From Gemmatimonadota bacterium (GTDB taxonomy: Bacteria; Gemmatimonadota; Gemmatimonadetes; Longimicrobiales; Gaopeijiaceae): a stretch of DNA of 64,000 nucleotides. The stretch lies in contig BTRA01000002.1 of the NCBI GenBank assembly GCA_036986155.1, forward strand, positions 2,119 to 66,118, in the 5' to 3' direction. The translations under genes and the position numbers were made by a program. This document shows, piece by piece, positions 58,109-64,000 of the stretch. Position 1 is the first letter of the stretch. Each line of letters starts with the position of its first letter. Under the pieces are notes generated by a model. The model did no database searches and had not been told where the DNA came from. It saw nothing but the letters and a program-made list of their open reading frames with translations.

Positions 58109-59131
58109 CTAGGCTTCCACCATGATCCGGCCGGCAGCTTCCGCGAACGGCCTCAAGGTTTCCATCATCTCGGCGAACTCGGGAATCGTGAGAGACTGGT
58201 CACCATCCGATACAGCCCTCTCGGGATCCGGATGGACCTCGACCAGGAGACCGTCGGCGCCTGCGGCCACGGCAGCGTAGGAGAGCGGCGCCACCAAGTC
58301 CCGCCGGCCACACGCGTGGCTGGGATCGGCAATCACGGGTAGATGCGTCTCTTTCTTCAAGACCGGGATCGCGGCCAGGTCGAACGTGTTCCTGGTTGCG
58401 GTCTCGAAGGTACGGATTCCCCTCTCGCACAGCATCACGTCCATGTTGCCTTGGCTCATCACGTATTCGGCTGCGAGGAGCAGATCCTTGATCGTCGCCG
58501 ACATGCCTCGCTTGAGAAGAACCGGACGGTGCAGTCGGCCCACTTCGGTCAGGAGCGCGAAGTTCTGCATATTGCGCGCCCCCACCTGAAGTGCGTCGGC
58601 GTAGCTCGCGACCAGTTCCACCTCGCGCGTGTCCATTACCTCGGTGACGACCGGTAGGCCCGTCTCGGCTCGCACGTCCGCGAGCACCTCGAGGCCGGCT
58701 TGGCCCATGCCCAAGAAAGAGTACGGGGACGAGCGCGGCTTGAAGGCGCCGCCTCGGAGCGCCCGAGCCCCGGCAGCGGCGACGGCCTCGGCGGTCCGGC
58801 TCATCATTTCCTTTCCCTCGACGGAGCAGGGGCCCGCGATCACGATCAGTTCGGGGCCACCCACCAGGGTGCTTCCCAACTGAATGGTCGTGGAGTCGGC
58901 CCTGAATAGGCGGCTAGCTAGCTTGTACGGGTTCATGACCGGGTGCACTGCTTCGACCCCCTGGATCGACAAGAGCGGAGCCTCGCGCAATACGGCCTCG
59001 TCCCCGATACATCCGATTACGGTGCGGGCCTCGCCCCGTGAGATGTGGGTGCGAAGTCCAAGCGCCTCCACTCGCTCACGGATGTGGTCGATCTCCTCAT
59101 CTGTCACACCCCGGCGGGTCACGATGATCAT
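58109..59131 (-). CDS. aroF: 3-deoxy-7-phosphoheptulonate (DAHP) synthase, type I-beta, with an N-terminal ferredoxin-like/ACT-type regulatory domain
   Basis: 340 aa. The N-terminal ~70 aa ([26 protein letters not shown]...) are followed by a KDO8PS-like barrel ([21 protein letters not shown]). RBS GGGAG lies 7 nt upstream. Confidence 0.93.
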   Translation of the reverse strand: MIIVTRRGVTDEEIDHIRERVEALGLRTHISRGEARTVIGCIGDEAVLREAPLLSIQGVEAVHPVMNPYKLASRLFRADSTTIQLGSTLVGGPELIVIAGPCSVEGKEMMSRTAEAVAAAGARALRGGAFKPRSSPYSFLGMGQAGLEVLADVRAETGLPVVTEVMDTREVELVASYADALQVGARNMQNFALLTEVGRLHRPVLLKRGMSATIKDLLLAAEYVMSQGNMDVMLCERGIRTFETATRNTFDLAAIPVLKKETHLPVIADPSHACGRRDLVAPLSYAAVAAGADGLLVEVHPDPERAVSDGDQSLTIPEFAEMMETLRPFAEAAGRIMVEA

Positions 59132-59173
59132 GTGTGCACTCCCAATTCAAGGAGCCCGCCCTGGCAGGCGGGC

Positions 59174-59204
59174 AAGAAAAAAGGCCCCCGACCAGTCGGG
59201 AGCC
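59174..59204 (-). terminator. Intrinsic terminator in the aroF leader (attenuator terminator)
   Basis: On the minus strand: GGCTCCCGAC-TG-GTCGGGGGCC (10 bp including one G.U), followed by TTTTTTCTT. It lies upstream of the aroF RBS, not downstream of any gene. Confidence 0.65.
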
Positions 59205-59238
59205 CTCCTCCGCAGCGATCCGTTCGTCTAGACGGACG

Positions 59239-59307
59239 TCACCCAGGACTCCCGAGGGGGATTCGATACCAGTAATACCGGGTGGACGCTGAGCGGCGGC
59301 GATGCAT
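59239..59307 (-). CDS. Candidate 22-aa leader peptide MHRRRSASTRYYWYRIPLGSPG (Tyr-Tyr-Trp-Tyr regulatory codons)
   Basis: ATG 59307 to TGA 59239-59241. It has four consecutive aromatic codons, TAT TAC TGG TAT (59277-59266). Its last codons overlap an antiterminator arm. No SD is seen, though a TTGACA at 59343-59338 could give a near-leaderless transcript. Confidence 0.55.
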   Translation of the reverse strand: MHRRRSASTRYYWYRIPLGSPG

Positions 59308-59440
59308 AGCTCGAAGTCTGCCTGGGGTGCCCCCTGGTGTCAACCAGCACGTCTGGCTTCTGCTGTGGCACGCGGATAGATTTACGGCCCCAGGATCCGA
59401 CCACGAAGCGCTCCCGTCGATCGCACTTTTGGAGGAATTG

Positions 59441-60379
59441 ATGTCCGCTGGACCTGCCGCTACAAAGGCTCCCGCCACACCCGCCATTAGCCGCCCCATC
59501 CTCGAACAACTCGACATGTCCTTGGGCAAGCGCGTGCGCCTGCACAGGCTGCTCTATGAACGAGGGCTCAAGAACGGAACCCTGCTGCTGCTCCCCATCG
59601 ACCAAGGGCTCGAGCACGGTCCCATCGACTTTTTTCCAAACCCCCCTTCGCAAGACCCCGAGTTTCAGTGGCGTCTAGCCCTGGAGGGGAACTATAACGG
59701 CGTGGCTTGTCACTATGGATTGGCCCGGAAGTACATGGCGAAGTACGCCGGGAAGGTCCCCCTGATCCTAAAGATCAACGGTAAGACCACCATTCCTTCC
59801 GATGCCGACGCGTTTTCCTCACTGACCGGAAGTGTCGAAGACGCGGTCGCCTTGGGTGCGGATGCGGTCGGCTACACGTTGTATGTCGGTTCGCCCCGGC
59901 AGGACGAGGACATCCAGCAGTTGGCCATGGTTCGTGAGGACTGCGACAAATACAACATGCCGCTGATCGTCTGGTCGTACCCCCGCGGAAGCGCGATCGA
60001 GGAGAAGGGTGGACGAGATAGCCTCTACGCGGTCGACTACGCGGCCCGCGTTGCTCTCGAAATGGGTGCCGACGTCGTCAAGCTGAACATGCCGAAGCAT
60101 GGCGACAAAGATGCCGAGCAGCCGGGAGAGTATGCCGGAATAGACTTCGACTACGGGGAAGGCGCGCGCCGAGTGGTCCACTCTGCAGGGCGCTGCATGG
60201 TACTCTTCAGCGGGGGAAGCAAGCTCGGCGACGAAGATCTTCTCCACAAGGTCCGTACGGCCATGGAGGCTGGCGCGACGGGGCTGATCTTCGGGCGCAA
60301 CATGTGGCAGCGACCTTACGACGAGGCCCTCGCCGCGACCACGAGAGTCATGGATGTGCTTAGGGAGTTCGGCACCTGA
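59441..60379 (+). CDS. Class I fructose-bisphosphate aldolase (FbaB/DhnA family)
   Basis: ATG 59441 is preceded by GGAGGA. Blocks LLPIDQGLEHGP, ILKINGKT and the Schiff-base region ADVVKLNMPK are present. Confidence 0.88.
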   Translation: MSAGPAATKAPATPAISRPILEQLDMSLGKRVRLHRLLYERGLKNGTLLLLPIDQGLEHGPIDFFPNPPSQDPEFQWRLALEGNYNGVACHYGLARKYMAKYAGKVPLILKINGKTTIPSDADAFSSLTGSVEDAVALGADAVGYTLYVGSPRQDEDIQQLAMVREDCDKYNMPLIVWSYPRGSAIEEKGGRDSLYAVDYAARVALEMGADVVKLNMPKHGDKDAEQPGEYAGIDFDYGEGARRVVHSAGRCMVLFSGGSKLGDEDLLHKVRTAMEAGATGLIFGRNMWQRPYDEALAATTRVMDVLREFGT

Positions 60380-60410
60380 TCCAATCCACGCGGGCCCGGA
60401 CCCATCGCCC

Positions 60411-61109
60411 ATGATCGAGACGGGACCGCTCAAGAGGGCCGCAGCACTTCGCGCTCTCGATGACGTGAGCGAGGGGATGGTTCTCGGACTAGGTACGGGG
60501 AGCACCGTGGCACACTTTCTGGTCGGCCTCGCCGAGTTCCTTCGTGTAGGTCGCTTGAGGGAAGTCGTGGGTGTCCCGACATCCCTGTGGACTGCGGACC
60601 GATGCCGGGAGTTGGGAATTCCCCTGACCTCGCTTGCGTCCCACCCTATCCTGGACGTTACGGTCGATGGGACAGACGAGGTCGATCCTTCCGTCAACCT
60701 CATCAAGGGACTGGGTGGAGCGCTACTCCGCGAGAAGATGGTAGCCCAGGCAGCGCTTCGGATGGTGATCATCGCCGATCAGACCAAGGTCGTTAACAGG
60801 CTCGGTGAGAGGGCTCCGCTCCCGGTGGAGGTCGTCCAATTCGGCTGGGAGGTTCACCAACACGCCTTCCACGAGATGGGGGCGCACCCGTCCTTACGGA
60901 CACGCTCCGACGGCCAACCTCTGACCACAGACAACGGCAACTACATCATCGATTGCCGATTTCCGGGTGGCATCGAGGACCCTAAGGCACTCGAAGCCGA
61001 GCTCGCCGCACGCGCGGGCGTGGTGGAGTCGGGGCTCTTCCTCGGGATGGCTGAGAAGGCCTATGTCGCCGATGTAGGTGGGGTCACGGTCATGGAGAGA
61101 ACGCCATGA
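60411..61109 (+). CDS. rpiA: Ribose-5-phosphate isomerase A
   Basis: GLGTGSTV, DGTDEVD, KGLGGALLREK. Confidence 0.93.
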   Translation: MIETGPLKRAAALRALDDVSEGMVLGLGTGSTVAHFLVGLAEFLRVGRLREVVGVPTSLWTADRCRELGIPLTSLASHPILDVTVDGTDEVDPSVNLIKGLGGALLREKMVAQAALRMVIIADQTKVVNRLGERAPLPVEVVQFGWEVHQHAFHEMGAHPSLRTRSDGQPLTTDNGNYIIDCRFPGGIEDPKALEAELAARAGVVESGLFLGMAEKAYVADVGGVTVMERTP

Positions 61110-61777
61110 GCGTTCTGATCGCGCCCTCGATCCTTTCGGCCGATTTTGGCCGACTCGCGGACGATGTGCGTGAAGCCGTGGACGCGGGAGCAGACTGGAT
61201 CCACGTGGATGTGATGGACGGACACTTCGTGCCCAATATCACGATTGGCCCCGGGGTGACCAGGGCCGTGCGGGCGGCGACTGATGTACCCGTCGACGTG
61301 CATCTGATGATCGAACGACCCGGTTTGTATATCGACGCGTTCGCCGAGGCCGGTGCCGACGTGATCACCGTCCATCAAGAGGCCTGCCCGCATCTGCACC
61401 GGACCATTCAACAGATCCGGGAGGCAGGCGTGAGGGCTGGCGTTGCGATCAACCCGGCGACGCCGGTCGAAACGCTATCGGAAATCCTCGACTACGTGGA
61501 CCTGGTTCTTGTCATGACCGTAAACCCGGGATTCGGTGGTCAGGCCTACCTCCATTCGAGCACCGACAAGGTCGCACGGGTGCGAGATTCGCTCGCCGCA
61601 GCCGGGCGATCCGACGTCGACGTCGAAGTGGACGGTGGAGTGGACGCCAGCACAGCACCTTCGGCGGTGAACGCAGGAGCCAACGTCCTCGTCGCCGGGT
61701 CGGCGGTGTTCGACCATCCCGAAGGGATCACCCTCGCCATCGGGGCCTTGCGGGACGCGGTTACGCAGGGGCCCTGA
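61106..61777 (+). CDS. rpe: Ribulose-phosphate 3-epimerase
   Basis: APSILSADF, HVDVMDGHFVPN, VMTVNPGFGGQ. The ATGA overlap with rpiA indicates coupling. Confidence 0.96.
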   Translation: MSVLIAPSILSADFGRLADDVREAVDAGADWIHVDVMDGHFVPNITIGPGVTRAVRAATDVPVDVHLMIERPGLYIDAFAEAGADVITVHQEACPHLHRTIQQIREAGVRAGVAINPATPVETLSEILDYVDLVLVMTVNPGFGGQAYLHSSTDKVARVRDSLAAAGRSDVDVEVDGGVDASTAPSAVNAGANVLVAGSAVFDHPEGITLAIGALRDAVTQGP

Positions 61778-62030
61778 GCGAAGCCCCTAGAGTGCGCTCC
61801 ATGGCGGTATCGAGCCCGAAGGCCGAGAGTCCGCATTCCTCTAGGAAGGTGCTCAGGTGCATCTTATCTTCAATGCGAGCACTGCGTACCTTGGGGATGT
61901 CCATGCTCGATGCTAGCCGCGCCCGCCCGCGGCGATAGTCGATTTCGACGAGGACGAACATGGCGCAAGCGGGCGACGAGCACGTGTTTGCTCCGTGCTG
62001 GCCCACGTACTAGACTGCAAGCGAACCCAA

Positions 62031-62387
62031 ATGGACCAGACAGTTATCGAACTAGCGGCGCTCGATCGCCTCGAGGAGTGGGGAGGTGCCGACCTCAAGC
62101 GTCAAATGGTCCGGCTCTTCCTCGAGAGTGCCCCCGAGCGCATCGACCAAATCCGGACCTGTGAGGACGACGATCCCGGCGACATTCCGGAGCGAGGCAG
62201 CCACTCCCTCAAGTCCAGTGCGGCCAACGTGGGGGCCCAAGAGGTCCGGCGCCTCGCGGAAGAAATCGAGGGCCACGCGGCGAATGGCGACCTCGACACG
62301 GTGCGGGCGTTGGTGCCCAAAATCGAGGCCGCTTTCGATCGTGCCCGCGATGCCCTCGAGCCACTTACCTTGGGGCCACCTGAATGA
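62031..62387 (+). CDS. Hpt (histidine phosphotransfer) domain protein
   Basis: HSLKSSAANVGA motif. ATG 62031 (MDQTVIEL...). The ATGA-type overlap with the next gene indicates coupling. Confidence 0.8.
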   Translation: MDQTVIELAALDRLEEWGGADLKRQMVRLFLESAPERIDQIRTCEDDDPGDIPERGSHSLKSSAANVGAQEVRRLAEEIEGHAANGDLDTVRALVPKIEAAFDRARDALEPLTLGPPE

Positions 62388-62758
62388 AGCCTCGGATCGC
62401 TGTCGTGGAGGACAATCCGGACAACCGGATGCTTGTGGCGGCGATTCTCGATGAGCAATACGACATCGTAGAATTCGAGACGGGCAAGCAGGCCGTCGCC
62501 GAACTCGTGGAGGCCGAGCCCGACCTGGTTCTCCTCGATATCTCGCTCCCTGAAATGGATGGCACCGAAGTGTTGGAGTGGGTCCGCCGGCAGGAGGCTT
62601 TGGTCGGCCTTCCCGTGATCGCTCTCACGGCGCACGCCATGGCCGGGGACCGGGAGAAGTACCTGGACCTGGGCTTCGACGAGTACCTGACGAAGCCCAT
62701 CATTGATGAGGCGGTCCTCATGGGCGCTATCGAACGTTGCCTGAGCAAGACTCCCTGA
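62384..62758 (+). CDS. Single-domain response regulator (CheY-like receiver)
   Basis: VEDN acidic pocket, LVLLDISLP with the phospho-acceptor Asp, LTAHA, and KP. Confidence 0.93.
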   Translation: MKPRIAVVEDNPDNRMLVAAILDEQYDIVEFETGKQAVAELVEAEPDLVLLDISLPEMDGTEVLEWVRRQEALVGLPVIALTAHAMAGDREKYLDLGFDEYLTKPIIDEAVLMGAIERCLSKTP

Positions 62759-62814
62759 CTAGGGATACTTCCTCTGATGCCGACCGAGCCGGGCGAGGGG
62801 AGTCGGCCCTAGGG

Positions 62815-64000
62815 ATGCCGGGAGTCGGTCTGCGAGCCGGCGGCGCCTCGTCGTCGCTGTCCTCCAGTTCGGTGGCACCGCAGCCCGTCATCCCGTTCGC
62901 GAGCGACCGCGCTCCGGAACGCGCCACCGTGTATTGGGTCCTGCTCGTGGTCCTCGTCGGAGGTTCGTTCGTTCTGAGGGGTTCGCCTTGGCAGGGTGAC
63001 GCCCAACGACACACCATTCTCGAATTCATCGGCACCACCCTGGCTTTCGTGGTCGGGGGCCTCGCGCTCGTCCGCTTCTACAGCCGCAAACAGGAGACCT
63101 TCCTGTTCATCGGGACGGGGTTTTTGGCTACGGGCGTCTTGGACGCCTACCACGCCATCATCACGTCGAATCTCGCGCCCGGCCTGCTCATTTTCGGCAA
63201 TGAGAGCGATGCCGCGGCGTGGACTTGGATCGCTTCGCGAGCGTTTCTGTCGATCTTCCTCTTCGCGAGCCTGCTGCTTTGGAAGCCAGAGGGCTCCGAG
63301 GCGCGCACAGGTGTCAACGAGATCTCTGTCTATATGACGGCGGCTGCGCTCACAGCGATGACGTTCCTGTTCTTCGCCTTCGTACCGGTTTCGTCGGCGT
63401 ACTTTCCCGAATCCGTGGCCGCACGCCCCGGCGAACTCGTGCCGGCCTTCTTTTTCTTCCTGGCCATGGCCGGGTATCTACAAAAGGGACAGTGGAGGCG
63501 TGAGTCGTTCGAACACTGGTTGATTATCGCGCTCCTCATCAGCGTGATGCTGCACGCCGCATTCATGGCGCAAGCCACCGAGGAGTTCGACGCCGTCTCA
63601 GATGCGGCGCATTTGCTCAAGATCGCGAGCTACGTAGCGGTACTCAGCGGGTTGATGAGCAGCGTCTTCGTCACGTTCCAGAGGGAAGGACAGGCCTTCC
63701 AAGCGATCCACGCCTGGAACGAGACCATGACCCGGGAGGTGGAGGTACGCCGGGCCGCCGAACACCGCCTCCAGGACTTCCTCGACAACGCGAACGACCT
63801 CATTCAGGTTACCGACCCACAAGGGAATCTAGTGTACGCCAACCGGGCGTGGCAGCGGACGCTCGGGCACGGCGAAGATGATCTGGTCGGCCTCAACATC
63901 AGAGATCTGATCGCCGAGCGGGACCGAGGACGCTTGATGGAGGCCTTCAAGAACGTCCGGGAAGGGACCCCGCAGGTCGGGTTGATCCTGGAGTTCACTC
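62815..64000 (+). CDS. Membrane sensor protein with a PAS domain, probably a sensor histidine kinase; 3' end lies outside the window
   Basis: It is open-ended, so it is absent from the ORF track. Hand translation of the frame containing 63019 gives ...ILEFIGTTLAFVVGGLALVRFY... with 6-7 hydrophobic helices. This is followed by a PAS-like segment, LQDFLDNANDLIQVTDPQGNLVYANRAWQRTLGHGEDDLVGLNIRDLI. ATG 62815 is the first in-frame start after the upstream stop. Confidence 0.65.
   Translation, partial: MPGVGLRAGGASSSLSSSSVAPQPVIPFASDRAPERATVYWVLLVVLVGGSFVLRGSPWQGDAQRHTILEFIGTTLAFVVGGLALVRFYSRKQETFLFIGTGFLATGVLDAYHAIITSNLAPGLLIFGNESDAAAWTWIASRAFLSIFLFASLLLWKPEGSEARTGVNEISVYMTAAALTAMTFLFFAFVPVSSAYFPESVAARPGELVPAFFFFLAMAGYLQKGQWRRESFEHWLIIALLISVMLHAAFMAQATEEFDAVSDAAHLLKIASYVAVLSGLMSSVFVTFQREGQAFQAIHAWNETMTREVEVRRAAEHRLQDFLDNANDLIQVTDPQGNLVYANRAWQRTLGHGEDDLVGLNIRDLIAERDRGRLMEAFKNVREGTPQVGLILEFT

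Noticed and set aside
59262-59295. T-box-like GGGTGG on the plus strand, and a GGTATCGAATCC T-loop-like string on the minus strand, in the aroF-fba spacer.
   Set aside because: Only partial resemblance to the T-box core (GGGUGGNACCGCG). No specifier or stem I architecture is present. The minus-strand string lies inside the leader-peptide ORF and has no complementary T-stem.
61761-62006. 81-aa minus-strand ORF between rpe and the Hpt gene (possible small protein MFVLVEIDYRRG...).
   Set aside because: Neither internal ATG has a Shine-Dalgarno sequence. It overlaps the 3' end of rpe and matches no recognisable family. Its moderately G/C-rich third positions are not decisive in this genome.
1-64000. 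Mobile elements, prophage or defence islands.
   Set aside because: I recognised no transposase, integrase, recombinase, toxin-antitoxin pair, restriction-modification gene, cas gene, terminal inverted repeat or tRNA-flanked boundary. Composition appears uniform apart from the short AT-rich argG control region.

Overview
High-GC bacterial chromosomal segment (roughly two-thirds G+C by eye), densely coding, with about 55 protein genes. I recognised no rRNA, tRNA, CRISPR array, transposase or integrase. Lineage cannot be assigned from sequence alone. The gene content (GlnRS with a YqeY tail, CarboxypepD_reg TonB receptors, many c-di-GMP proteins) fits a Gemmatimonadota- or Deinococcota-like organism, but that is only an impression.

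Content in order:
- Lrp/AsnC-like fragment, PHP hydrolase, fhs, DUF3311 plus a Na/solute symporter, and glnS fused to a YqeY domain.
- A small Arg-rich ORF, then an ion operon: a K+ channel with an RCK domain and an NhaP antiporter fused to a cNMP-binding domain.
- A histidine-utilisation cluster (hutH, hutU, hutF, hutI), headed by an AhpD/CMD-like gene with an in-frame TGA.
- A secreted Tyr/Gly-rich and Arg/Ser-repeat protein, a Tat-signal PLP enzyme, and rho.
- A tesA-ybbA-ybbP-like unit.
- c-di-GMP genes: a HEAT protein with an HD-GYP protein, and a GGDEF-REC-HD-GYP protein.
- Proline dehydrogenase plus an MFS transporter.
- A frameshifted multicopper oxidase with permuted copper motifs.
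- A betaine-type ABC transporter next to ergothioneine genes (egtB, egtD, egtC).
- A TonB-dependent receptor, then argR-argG-argH.
- A DAHP synthase, class I aldolase, rpiA and rpe.
- An Hpt, response regulator and PAS sensor cluster.

The observations I rate highest:
1. A 22-codon Tyr-Tyr-Trp-Tyr leader peptide with mutually exclusive terminator and antiterminator hairpins, directly upstream of the DAHP synthase gene.
2. A CxxU selenoprotein candidate with a bSECIS-like hairpin, translationally coupled to hutH.
3. An extended ergothioneine neighbourhood: an EgtUV-like transporter, a disulfide reductase, and a PLP enzyme coupled to egtC.
4. A secreted low-complexity protein with (GY)n and ARSAP repeats.
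5. A multicopper oxidase broken in a C9 tract.

All coordinates and pairings were worked out by hand. No database search was run.
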